20,000 bases of DNA, from IMG/VR virus record IMGVR_UViG_3300010998_000493; one strand, written 5' to 3'. A model generated the notes under the pieces. The model worked only from the letters and a program-made list of their open reading frames with translations, was not told the origin of the DNA and did no database searches. The stretch comes from an uncultured virus (IMG/VR IMGVR_UViG_3300010998_000493). Lineage: Duplodnaviria; Heunggongvirae; Uroviricota; Caudoviricetes. The position numbers were made by a program, and so were the translations under genes. Of the stretch, positions 8,146 through 16,266 are shown piece by piece. Each line of letters begins with the position of its first letter. The stretch's first letter is position 1.

Positions 8146-8997
8146 TTATTCGCTTTGAGAGTTGAGTAATTCGGTAATAAAGTTGTCATAGTCCTGTGCA
8201 GCCGTACAGTCTGGAGCATACGTAAAGATATCCTCATGCTGGAATTGGCTCTCGCCCACCTTGACGCACTGTCGGATGCGTGTCTGGAAGATGTCGGCAT
8301 CGTACTGATCGCGCAAGTATTCTGAAGTCTCGCGTGCCAGTTTGGTTCGTTCATCGGCCATGACGATCAGCAGTCCGCGCATGACGAGATCTGAGTTAAG
8401 TTTACGTTTCACGTTTCGGACGGCTTCCATCATACGTCCTATGCCATCGACGGAGAGTGAGCCGAGTTGTACGGGTATGATGACTCCAGATGCCGCGCCC
8501 AGTGCATTGAAGGTAAGTTCAGAGAGCGCCGGAGCGCAGTCGATGAGTACATAGTCAAAGCAATCCTCGATGTAAGACCCAGGTAGCGGATCGGCATGAA
8601 GGTATAGTTCGTCCATGTAGTTAATCTCATTTCCGAACAGTGATGCAAGGACCATTTTTGACTGCATTTGCCGATGCAGGTCGGGGTCAATATCGGCGAG
8701 GTCGCCAGATGCTGGCACGTAGAATATGCCAGGTTGAGACTGATAGACTGGCAGATGATTATTGTCACCGTCGCGGAGTGCGGTTGCCACCGTATAGAAT
8801 TGACCGTTAAACGCTTTCATTTTCTCCCGCCATCCGAGGAGGGAAGAAAGGTTTCCCTGCGGGTCGATGTCGATGCAGAGGATGTGTAGTGATGGGTCAT
8901 GTCGGAGCAGTCCTGCGGCCACGTTCTGTACGGTAGTCGTTTTTGCTACCCCACCCTTGTTGTTGGCAAAAGCCAATACTTCTTTCAATTTAGCCAT
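8146..8997 (-). CDS. parA: ParA/Soj family ATPase (no N-terminal HTH, type Ib)
   Basis: Deviant Walker A NNKGGVAKTTT, DIDPQGN, DYVLIDCAP. Confidence 0.95.
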   Translation of the reverse strand: MAKLKEVLAFANNKGGVAKTTTVQNVAAGLLRHDPSLHILCIDIDPQGNLSSLLGWREKMKAFNGQFYTVATALRDGDNNHLPVYQSQPGIFYVPASGDLADIDPDLHRQMQSKMVLASLFGNEINYMDELYLHADPLPGSYIEDCFDYVLIDCAPALSELTFNALGAASGVIIPVQLGSLSVDGIGRMMEAVRNVKRKLNSDLVMRGLLIVMADERTKLARETSEYLRDQYDADIFQTRIRQCVKVGESQFQHEDIFTYAPDCTAAQDYDNFITELLNSQSE

Positions 8998-9017
8998 AAT
9001 GGTGAAAATTATTGGTG

Positions 9018-9048
9018 CAAAGATATATAAAATAATCGGATTTACAAA
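9018..9048 (-). promoter_or_regulatory. parA promoter
   Basis: Minus strand TTTG-N19-TATCTTTG, an exact Bacteroidetes consensus. Confidence 0.8.
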
Positions 9049-9050
9049 AC

Positions 9051-9116
9051 ATTCATTTATTTATTTCTTCATTTATTCATAAATTCATTAAAATATGAAT
9101 GTATGAAGTGATGAAA
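9051..9116. repeat. 8-bp-period TCAT/ATGA array 1 (5 + 3 inverted), candidate parS/operator
   Basis: TCAT at 9053, (9061 TTAT), 9069, 9077, 9085; ATGA at 9095, 9103, 9111. Abuts the parA -33 box. Confidence 0.75.
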
Positions 9117-9119
9117 AGT

Positions 9120-9151
9120 AAAAAACTCGGCGGCGGAACCGCCGAGCACAG
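9120..9151 (-). terminator. Intrinsic terminator formed by a GTG-hairpin repeat copy
   Basis: Minus strand CTGTG-CTCGGCGG-TTCCG-CCGCCGAG-TTTTTT. Confidence 0.75.
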
Positions 9152-9168
9152 AGTTTAATGTTTGATAT

Positions 9169-9279
9169 TCACTTTGGTGGTGTCGGTCCCCCAGGAGAAT
9201 CAGCACCGATGGTATAGTGAGCCGTAAGTGGAGCCAGAGCGCGAACGGGTTTGATGGAGTAAGTCGTATTTTCTCCCAT
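9169..9279 (-). CDS. Possible 36-aa small protein
   Basis: MGENTTYSIKPVRALAPLTAHYTIGADSPGGPTPPK*. AT-rich leader, co-oriented with neighbours, ends just before the terminator. Confidence 0.3.
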   Translation of the reverse strand: MGENTTYSIKPVRALAPLTAHYTIGADSPGGPTPPK

Positions 9280-9316
9280 AATAATGAAAAATTGGTGAAT
9301 AAAAAATTGGACTATA

Positions 9317-9376
9317 ACGCGGAGAACCGCTGTGCACGGGGGCGAGATTTCCCGCCAGCGAAACTGGCGGGCACAC
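9317..9376 (-). repeat. Intergenic GTG-hairpin repeats (one perfect, one degenerate)
   Basis: GTGTG-CCCGCCAG-TTTCG-CTGGCGGG (9351-9376) and GTG-CACAGCGG-TTCT-CCGC. Confidence 0.7.
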
Positions 9377-9380
9377 GACC

Positions 9381-10205
9381 CTATTTGCCGTAGTTTTCGG
9401 GTGCGATGCCATCAGAGGCGAGGTTTGCGGTATAGGCTTTGAGTTGTTTGACCATGCCGTGTTTTTCGCGATCGAAAACTGGTGCAAGGGAGTGCTGTAG
9501 TTCGGGTCGGCGTGAGGGATCGATGAATGTCTGTCCGATGCCTCGTTTCTTCGGCATGAATGGTCGTAGTTCAGGGTCATAGTTCTCTTCCCATTCCGGC
9601 AGCGGTTGAGGGTCGAGGATTGAAGAAGCGCGAGGTCGGCGATCCTGTCTGTCCCAGATATTCTGTGCCCAAAGAGCCATGTGGTCGAGTGTCTGGAGTA
9701 CCCCATACTCCCCTACCCAATCGATATCGTCGGCATCGATGCGGTCGAGGCATCCGAGCAGTTCGAGATAAGCGTTAAGACCAGGCACCTTGACGATGAT
9801 ACGCGGTTCGTCGAACTCCTCGTCATAGACATGGTTTTGGCCTTCGATGAGTTGTCGGACGGAGATACCCTGACGGTCGGCATCCTGCGCGTTCTGGAAC
9901 GCCTGGGCACGTTGTTCGAGCCATTCATGCCGACATTTCTGTTCGCGTAATGTGAGGTCGCGGTATTTCTCATTGTAGCCATCCTTTCCAGGTTTAGCCT
10001 CGAAATTAGTCTTGAATGAATGAATTTTGCAGACGAAGTGCGGTGCGCGTGTGCTGATGATGCACTGTCCGAGATCGCTGCGCTGCTGATAGTGCGTGAC
10101 GATGAACGGAGCGTGGAACTGCATACCCGTGAGGAATGCCTGAGAGAACTGAGAGAGTTCGCCGTCCCAGATGGGGAGAGCTTGGAGTTGTTTTGTTTCT
10201 TCCAT
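9381..10205 (-). CDS. Hypothetical protein (274 aa)
   Basis: Long ORF with ATG start and AT-rich leader, co-oriented with the module. Confidence 0.75.
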   Translation of the reverse strand: MEETKQLQALPIWDGELSQFSQAFLTGMQFHAPFIVTHYQQRSDLGQCIISTRAPHFVCKIHSFKTNFEAKPGKDGYNEKYRDLTLREQKCRHEWLEQRAQAFQNAQDADRQGISVRQLIEGQNHVYDEEFDEPRIIVKVPGLNAYLELLGCLDRIDADDIDWVGEYGVLQTLDHMALWAQNIWDRQDRRPRASSILDPQPLPEWEENYDPELRPFMPKKRGIGQTFIDPSRRPELQHSLAPVFDREKHGMVKQLKAYTANLASDGIAPENYGK

Positions 10206-10210
10206 TGTTT

Positions 10211-10257
10211 AATGAATGAATGATTTAATGAATTTATGAATTTATGAAATGATGAAA
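10211..10257. repeat. 8-bp-period ATGA array 2
   Basis: ATGA at 10212, 10220, 10228, 10236, 10244, 10252. Confidence 0.75.
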
Positions 10258-10310
10258 CCGATGTAGGCAAATTTCTTTAAGTATTTAGATATTTTCTAAT
10301 AACTGAAGGA

Positions 10311-12011
10311 CTATTTGAATGCGCCATTAACGATAGGAATGCCGAATGCCGTGAGAGCCATGACAAGCGGAAAAAGGACGATGATACCCAAGATGGAGAG
10401 GGCAGCAAGAGCGATACGTGCGGCTGGAGACGATGTTTCATTTTCTGCGGGAGAACCGCCGAGCACACTTCCTTTGGATGCTCCCGATGGAGAGCCATCG
10501 GGCACGATAGCTTCATTCTCGACGGCGGAATCTCCGAGTACAGGAGGGTTGGCAGCAGCAGCTTTTTCTTTGAGAAGATTAGCCAGAACGGTATCATAAT
10601 CGAGTGATGTCTGGCCGGTGGCCACCAGCATACGGGCGTGGATTTCCTCGTCAGTATATTCGGGATAGACAATGGAAACATCCTCTGTCTCGGCGACAGA
10701 ATCGTAGAGCACACTATCATCCGTTTTGAAATCCGATGGAAAACCATTGGACACAGTGGATTTGTCCTCGACGGGAAAACCATCGAGCACAGTGGCAGCA
10801 TCGGACTCCTTGTGATTTTTCGCAGGAGATATAACGCGATAGACCTTTGGTGTGATGTCGTTTGAAAGACCAACTTCTATGGTAGAACCAGGAGTGATGC
10901 CGAGTTTTGCGGCGTGAGTTTCTGAGTAGAGCGTGGCTTTAGATGTCTCACGTCCCAAGATGATGACAGGAGTAAAGTAGGCCACGGGAGTACGGCGGCC
11001 AGACTTGCCAATGGTCACTTCGATGCGGGTGCAGGTGGTGACGGCCTTCTGAGCTGAGAACTTGAAGGCGATAGAGCCGTGGGGATGGTGAGCGGTGGAG
11101 CCGAGAGCCTTCGCCTCACGTTTGTTATCGATAGCGATGACCACGCCATCGGTAGGGAATGGCAGAGACTCACGCTGTTGTGCATACTGTTCCAGGAGAC
11201 GGCCTATCTGGTCGGGGAAGTCGATGCCTGAGCATTGATATTCCACCTTTTCAAATCCCATCATGCCCATCTGATAGCGGCTTGCCGATTCATTATGGTT
11301 ATAGACCATCCATGCAGGGCAGTCCACGCCCCACACGCAGAAAGAAAGCATTTCGCAGTCGGGGTCGGCATAGTCCATGTTGCACAGGCTGGCGGCAGCG
11401 GTACGGCAGTCCTTGTAGCGGTTGCGCAGTAGTGACAGATGATCCTTTGGGCATACGATTTCGCCACGCACCTCGATCCGTCCAGATTTCTCCACCTTAT
11501 AGTGGTAGATATCGAGAGCCTGTTGTCCCTCTTGGTTAGGCTTCAGGGTATGCGGTACAGAGGGTATAAGTTTCACCTTATCCAGGATGTCCTGACCCAC
11601 CAAACCATCACCACGGGTACTTGCTTCAATAAGTTTCCCGTTGAAATAGACCAGCGAGCACGATATACCGTCATACTTCCATGACAGAAGCACATTGCCC
11701 GTATTCGGGCAGAGCGGTGCCGTTTTTTTATGCCATTTCTCCACCTTTGCTATCGTCTTAGCCTTCTGGAGAGAAAGCATGGGAGAGCGGTGCCGGATGG
11801 TACGGCGGCCATTGCCGGAGAGATCGGAGCCTACGCGCTGCGTGGGAGAGTCGGGCAGGATATCGTCGGGATGTTGTTGTTCGTAGGCTTCGATCTGAGC
11901 CACGAGGGAGTCGAAGTCAGCATCCGACATGGAGGTAGAAGAGAGGACGTAATACTCATAGGAGGCGTGGACGGCCTGATTTACGAGGTTGATGTAGGAT
12001 TGGTAAGTCAT
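10311..12011 (-). CDS. ligA: NAD-dependent DNA ligase core (Ia + adenylation + OB) fused to a repeat linker and hydrophobic C-terminal tail
   Basis: YEYYV..SDADFD (Ia), SPTQRVG, H.SPMLSL.K, KYDG, TRGDG..G.D, EVRGE, TDGVV, IAFKF, G..TPVA...PV. No Zn finger, HhH or BRCT. Likely ATG at 12011. Confidence 0.85.
   Translation of the reverse strand: MTYQSYINLVNQAVHASYEYYVLSSTSMSDADFDSLVAQIEAYEQQHPDDILPDSPTQRVGSDLSGNGRRTIRHRSPMLSLQKAKTIAKVEKWHKKTAPLCPNTGNVLLSWKYDGISCSLVYFNGKLIEASTRGDGLVGQDILDKVKLIPSVPHTLKPNQEGQQALDIYHYKVEKSGRIEVRGEIVCPKDHLSLLRNRYKDCRTAAASLCNMDYADPDCEMLSFCVWGVDCPAWMVYNHNESASRYQMGMMGFEKVEYQCSGIDFPDQIGRLLEQYAQQRESLPFPTDGVVIAIDNKREAKALGSTAHHPHGSIAFKFSAQKAVTTCTRIEVTIGKSGRRTPVAYFTPVIILGRETSKATLYSETHAAKLGITPGSTIEVGLSNDITPKVYRVISPAKNHKESDAATVLDGFPVEDKSTVSNGFPSDFKTDDSVLYDSVAETEDVSIVYPEYTDEEIHARMLVATGQTSLDYDTVLANLLKEKAAAANPPVLGDSAVENEAIVPDGSPSGASKGSVLGGSPAENETSSPAARIALAALSILGIIVLFPLVMALTAFGIPIVNGAFK
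10443..10792 (-). repeat. Six GTG-hairpin repeats in two clusters of three, in-frame inside the ligase gene
   Basis: Copies at 10443-10468, 10483-10507, 10518-10543, 10689-10714, 10732-10756, 10767-10792. Confidence 0.8.
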
Positions 12012-12062
12012 TGTTTTATGATTTTTAGGAAATCGGTGAATACTTCTTTTATTTATAACCAC

Positions 12063-12932
12063 TTAGTTATTGATTGTGCAGTCGAGAGCAATATCATGTG
12101 TCCAGACATCTTCGGAGTAGTGAGCCACGGAGCTGTTGAGTATTTCGTAGTCCTTTGGGGAGTAGGGGACAAGAACAAACTGGTCTCCAGAGAGGTCGGG
12201 GAGAGCGTTCAGTTCATCGCGTAGGCACTGGAGTTCGGGCAGTGTGCCGTCCTCGTCGTCGTCAGCATCCAGTTCCGACATCCGTTCTTCTATGAACTCA
12301 ATGAAGTCTGCGAGAGAATGGAACACCGTGTAGTTCGGGTCGTCAGCATATACTTCAGCCAGATTGAAGTCCTCGTAGATGGAACCGCACACCTCATAGA
12401 ACTGCCATCCGTCGCGTTTACGTAGGGCGACCACTTCTGCGCCGTAAAGGTCAGAAATCTGTGCAGCCTGATCCCAAGATGAGAAACCTATGACAGCCCC
12501 ACGAAGGTTGCGTGGGTAGCCATTCCTGCCCTGTGTCGTCTCCACGTCGGAGAGTTCGGGGTAGTCCTCGGTAATCATGTCGCGCAACTCATGGGAATTG
12601 ACATAGTTGTTGGGATTCACCATGACCTGAAGGCGGAGTCCTTTGCAGTTGGAAAGTTCGTAGAAATCGAATGAAGAATCAAACTCCTCGTATTCAGCCC
12701 AATCGTTGAAGAGAGTGCCGAAGTCCTCATCATCCACATCGATGTCCTCGCAGAGGTCGAAGTCCCAAAGTTGTTTTCGGAGAATCTGGAAGTCATCTGA
12801 AGGAGAGAAAAGTCCGAAGCCTGAGCCACCGTTGCCACCAGAAACATAGGCCACGGAGTCCAAGTCGCGAAGCGTGTTAATAACTGCGTTGATTACCTTG
12901 AATTGAAGGTCGGAAGGTCTTGTTGTTCTCAT
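12063..12932 (-). CDS. Highly acidic hypothetical protein (289 aa)
   Basis: By hand count about 60 D/E versus about 18 K/R. Contains ETT.GRNGYP..L.GAVIGF and KRDGWQ motifs. Has its own promoter. Confidence 0.8.
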   Translation of the reverse strand: MRTTRPSDLQFKVINAVINTLRDLDSVAYVSGGNGGSGFGLFSPSDDFQILRKQLWDFDLCEDIDVDDEDFGTLFNDWAEYEEFDSSFDFYELSNCKGLRLQVMVNPNNYVNSHELRDMITEDYPELSDVETTQGRNGYPRNLRGAVIGFSSWDQAAQISDLYGAEVVALRKRDGWQFYEVCGSIYEDFNLAEVYADDPNYTVFHSLADFIEFIEERMSELDADDDEDGTLPELQCLRDELNALPDLSGDQFVLVPYSPKDYEILNSSVAHYSEDVWTHDIALDCTINN

Positions 12933-12946
12933 TGTTCTTTTTTGTT

Positions 12947-13063
12947 TTGTGAGCCTTTTGCGGCTCGGTTAATACTGTTTTGAATTAAATCTGATGCAAA
13001 GATAAGGGTTTTCTGTGAAACAACCAAATTATTTGAGAATTATTTTCGCTTTTTCTTGAAAAT
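12947..13063 (-). promoter_or_regulatory. Promoter + leader-hairpin module, copy 1
   Basis: TTTG(13028-13025)-N20-TATCTTTG(13004-12997); leader TTAACCGAGCC-GCAAAA-GGCTCACAAA. Confidence 0.8.
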
Positions 13064-13092
13064 TTATTGTTTATAGGTGAAAATAGGGGAAA

Positions 13093-13449
13093 TTACCCCT
13101 TATTTTCCTCTGATTTCCGATAAGAGGACCAGAAATCGGCGGCAGCCTGGAGACATTCGCGAAGTGAGCGTACCACCTCCTTATAGTTGGAACTATTGAT
13201 AGGGATGGTAGGATGGTCGGGTGTCCCTCCTCCGGCTTGAATGGCGCAGAAGTCCATGCGTCCGTCGGCAAAAGCCACGATCTCGTGACGGCGGTGAAGT
13301 TCATCGAGGATATCTTGCCGCTGGTCGGGTGGGGTAGGGATAATCTGAATGTTCATGTAGGGGTACTCGTTGGAGGTGAGTAGGGGGAAGTGGTGGCCGT
13401 GTTCGCCCACCACTTCAGAGACTTGGAAAGAGAATTTATTGTTTTTCAT
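13093..13449 (-). CDS. Hypothetical protein (118 aa)
   Basis: ATG-started, co-oriented, short spacers to neighbours. Confidence 0.7.
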   Translation of the reverse strand: MKNNKFSFQVSEVVGEHGHHFPLLTSNEYPYMNIQIIPTPPDQRQDILDELHRRHEIVAFADGRMDFCAIQAGGGTPDHPTIPINSSNYKEVVRSLRECLQAAADFWSSYRKSEENKG

Positions 13450-13484
13450 AAATTGATGAATGTATGAATTGATGAACTAATGAT
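13448..13484. repeat. 8-bp-period ATGA array 3
   Basis: ATAA at 13448; ATGA at 13456, 13464, 13472, 13480. Confidence 0.7.
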
Positions 13485-14618
13485 TTATGCCGCCATCCAT
13501 TCCGTGCTGATAACTTGCAATCGGCAACGGTGGTAGGCACGGCTTTTGCGGTCGCAGTCGTACTGGACATCTTTATATTCTGCACGAGGGCGTAGCATCC
13601 GCCATGTGTCCTCGTTGTCCTCCTGATAAATACAGATGGACACCCCGTTACACTCCAGGTAGTGCAGATCGTATTCCTTGTCGTGACGGAAGGTGACATT
13701 TATATGATACTTGGAGAGTGTGGAATCATCTTTAAGGACCCGCTTCATGGTGTCGAATGCCTTGAACACACGTTCAAAGTCCAACGTCTGATACCACCGT
13801 CCATACAAGACCCTCATTTCAGGTTCAGGGAGGACACAGAGGCGTTCCTGGAAATCATTAAATCGTCCATGTGTCAGGAACGAGTGGAAGTCGCCGTAGT
13901 TGGGGTAGGGGATGTTACCCTCGTTTGCATAAAGACGTTCTCGGATGCCGCTGTAATCCCAGATGGGGGTCGTGGTGTAGAAATTAGGGTTGATCTTGTT
14001 ATATCCTTCAGGTACGTATTGTTCAGAGGATAGTATGCAGTCGTACCAGGCAGCATACATCCTGTAGTTATCCTGATAGCGGTAGTCACCACCGCCGCTG
14101 ATGCGACATGTGGGGTCACTGGTCAGTACGGCCAGCGGATTGTCGAATCCATATTTTTCAGGCACGATGTCGTTGATGTCGAAATACTCTTTGCGGTCGT
14201 GGTTGCAGATGAAACGCAGTTCGTCGCGGATGTCGCCCTGTTCATTTTTGGCGATATGGTCCTGGAACCATTTATGACGGAACTCACGAAACTTCTCGAT
14301 GGCACGCTGTCGTGAGGTATCGGTGGTGAACTGGCGATCATAGGGAGACAGAGCTTCCACTTCGGGCACCCATTTCGTCAGTTGGTCCTCGTGAATACGG
14401 ATGCGCTTATAGAGGTTGTTGCCATCGGCATCCTTGATGTCGCTATAGTCTCCGGCCCAGCACACGCGCTGTTTGTAACCGATGCCATTGCGACTGATGG
14501 CATACGCCATATAGAGGAGGTCGCCACGTGACGATTCGTGCAGTTTGCACGCATACTGAGCAGCGATAACTTCGCGGCTGTTCTTTTCTCTGATAACACC
14601 AAAATAATACTGTCCCAT
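13485..14618 (-). CDS. Hypothetical protein with MGQYY-type N-terminal domain plus a C-terminal extension
   Basis: MGQYY, KLHE, WAGDY.D, NHDRKEY.D, PLAVLT, GGGDY motifs, which I recall from uncharacterised phage/MGE proteins. Confidence 0.75.
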   Translation of the reverse strand: MGQYYFGVIREKNSREVIAAQYACKLHESSRGDLLYMAYAISRNGIGYKQRVCWAGDYSDIKDADGNNLYKRIRIHEDQLTKWVPEVEALSPYDRQFTTDTSRQRAIEKFREFRHKWFQDHIAKNEQGDIRDELRFICNHDRKEYFDINDIVPEKYGFDNPLAVLTSDPTCRISGGGDYRYQDNYRMYAAWYDCILSSEQYVPEGYNKINPNFYTTTPIWDYSGIRERLYANEGNIPYPNYGDFHSFLTHGRFNDFQERLCVLPEPEMRVLYGRWYQTLDFERVFKAFDTMKRVLKDDSTLSKYHINVTFRHDKEYDLHYLECNGVSICIYQEDNEDTWRMLRPRAEYKDVQYDCDRKSRAYHRCRLQVISTEWMAA

Positions 14619-14653
14619 GATTGTTTATTGTTTTTTAGTTAAACGGTAAATTG

Positions 14654-15001
14654 TTAGAATGCAAATGAAAGTTGAGTAGCGAGGTTAGCAGTGGACGATC
14701 TGCATGGGGAAACTGCGAGACGCAGGGTAGGAGCGGGGAGAGCGGCGAGTTCGCGACGGAAACGGTTGTCGCTCACTTCGGCACCATCAATGAAACACTC
14801 CGTGCAGCTATGTGAGCCGTGTCGCATACGCACCTGTCCTGTGCGGTAGAGGAGTTTGCCTAATCGATACTCCTTGTAGAACCAGACATCGCGCCACCAG
14901 GTAAGTCCCCAGGTACGTGCCCAATTACTGCCAGCCTTTTCGCTGTTGTCGTAGAACTGGCCTTCGCTTTTCGCTGCTGTTTTGAAATCTTGAATTGTCA
15001 T
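14654..15001 (-). CDS. Hypothetical protein (115 aa)
   Basis: First ORF downstream of promoter module copy 2; ends QLSFAF. Confidence 0.7.
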   Translation of the reverse strand: MTIQDFKTAAKSEGQFYDNSEKAGSNWARTWGLTWWRDVWFYKEYRLGKLLYRTGQVRMRHGSHSCTECFIDGAEVSDNRFRRELAALPAPTLRLAVSPCRSSTANLATQLSFAF

Positions 15002-15013
15002 AACTGATTTTGA

Positions 15014-15132
15014 TTTGTGAGCCTTTGGAGGCTCGGTTAAACATAAATGGAATTGATTTCGATGGCAAAGGTACGGTTTTTCTGTGAAATGACAAAATAA
15101 ATATCGAAAAATTTTCGCTTATTCTTGAAAAT
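15014..15132 (-). promoter_or_regulatory. Promoter + leader-hairpin module, copy 2
   Basis: TTTG(15096-15093)-N19-TACCTTTG(15073-15066); leader TTAACCGAGCC-TCCAAA-GGCTCACAAA. Confidence 0.8.
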
Positions 15133-15148
15133 AGTTTATTTTACATCA

Positions 15149-15688
15149 TTATATTCCCAATTCTGGGTAACGTCTGCGGAGATTTTCGATGATGACATCC
15201 AGTGAAGTCACCTCCTCACAGACGTTGCCAAAGCCATTCATTCCTCCGATGCTATCAGGGTGATAGTTCCCACTTTTTTCACCAGAATCAATATACACCT
15301 GTCCCCTATAGATGTCGCCAGGAGTGAACACCAGTGAGGCGACTGGTTTTCCATCGGCATTGCGAGCAAAGACGGGGCATTCGTTCCTCAGTCCAAAAGT
15401 GTTCAGACCATCCTTTTCGGCATCCTCAGAGAAGTTTAATCCCGTTTTCTCATCGAGCAGCTTCAGAATGGGCATCACGAAGTCGTTTGTCCAGTGGAGC
15501 GTCCTCACATGCCATGCTTTTGTGTTCAGTTTGTAAGACTCTCCCATTTTGCGGGCTGCGATGGCATAGTAGCGTAGAGCTGCCTCCCGTGCCTTGTCCG
15601 ATTCTCTTTGGATAGCATCCGACTGTTGTTTCTGGTCGTTGTAGCCAGAAACAAATTTTTGCTTTACCATGTCAAAAGAAGTATTCAT
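15149..15688 (-). CDS. Hypothetical protein (179 aa)
   Basis: 4-nt overlap with the upstream ORF; FGLRNE and SIGGMNGF motifs. Confidence 0.75.
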   Translation of the reverse strand: MNTSFDMVKQKFVSGYNDQKQQSDAIQRESDKAREAALRYYAIAARKMGESYKLNTKAWHVRTLHWTNDFVMPILKLLDEKTGLNFSEDAEKDGLNTFGLRNECPVFARNADGKPVASLVFTPGDIYRGQVYIDSGEKSGNYHPDSIGGMNGFGNVCEEVTSLDVIIENLRRRYPELGI

Positions 15689-15891
15689 AATTCCTTGCCT
15701 TTTTCGTCGTTAATACTCAAAACGTGGTCGCTGTGAATGTAGAAACTATAGTCCATTTTCCGTTTGCGCGTATTGATAAACTCCATCAGTTTATCACGAT
15801 ACATCCGGCGGTTCTCTGGTGTGTCCTTTTCCTTACCGCCAGAACACTGAGCGGTCACTTCGAGTGTGATATAAAAACGTCTGTCAGTCAT
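15685..15891 (-). CDS. Hypothetical protein (68 aa)
   Basis: ATG start, overlaps the next gene by 4 nt. Confidence 0.6.
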   Translation of the reverse strand: MTDRRFYITLEVTAQCSGGKEKDTPENRRMYRDKLMEFINTRKRKMDYSFYIHSDHVLSINDEKGKEL

Positions 15892-15897
15892 AAGTGG

Positions 15898-15936
15898 ATG
15901 AAATTATAAATTTATGAATTTATGAATGAATTTATG
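15898..15936. repeat. 8-bp-period ATGA array 4
   Basis: ATGA 15898, ATAA 15906, ATGA 15914, 15922, 15926. Confidence 0.7.
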
Positions 15937-16177
15937 CGATGGGCCGTAGTTGAATCTTCATGCCTTGTGCGGGATTGCCGATGCAGATTACCTCATAGCG
16001 GTGTCGGTTGAAGGTGATATATTGGTAGCCATCGTTGTCATAGTAGCGGTCGCCCTTGGTACGGCAGACACGTTCAGACGTGCCATCGGTGACGAGAAGG
16101 GAGCCATAGGGCATGATATGATCATTGCAAAAGAAGGGAATAGTCCAGGAAATTATTTTCTTGATTTTAACGTCCAT
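15932..16177 (-). CDS. Hypothetical protein (81 aa)
   Basis: ATG start, flanked by ATGA arrays, co-oriented. Confidence 0.6.
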   Translation of the reverse strand: MDVKIKKIISWTIPFFCNDHIMPYGSLLVTDGTSERVCRTKGDRYYDNDGYQYITFNRHRYEVICIGNPAQGMKIQLRPIA

Positions 16178-16220
16178 GATTTGATGATTTGATGAAATGA
16201 TGAAATAATGAATTTATGAA
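16176..16220. repeat. 8-bp-period ATGA array 5
   Basis: ATGA at 16176, 16184, 16192, 16200, 16208, 16216. Confidence 0.75.
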
Positions 16221-16266
16221 AACTCTGATTTCGCACATGATCTATAAAGAGGGTGGAATGGGCTGC

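Noticed and set aside
10443..10792. CRISPR array from spaced palindromic repeats
   Set aside because: Repeats are too divergent, spacers within clusters are only about 10-17 nt, the array lies inside an ORF, and there are no cas genes.
9200..10873. Long alternative-frame ORFs (9200..9706, 9713..10270, 10277..10873)
   Set aside because: Ser/Arg/Pro-rich shadows overlapping better supported genes.
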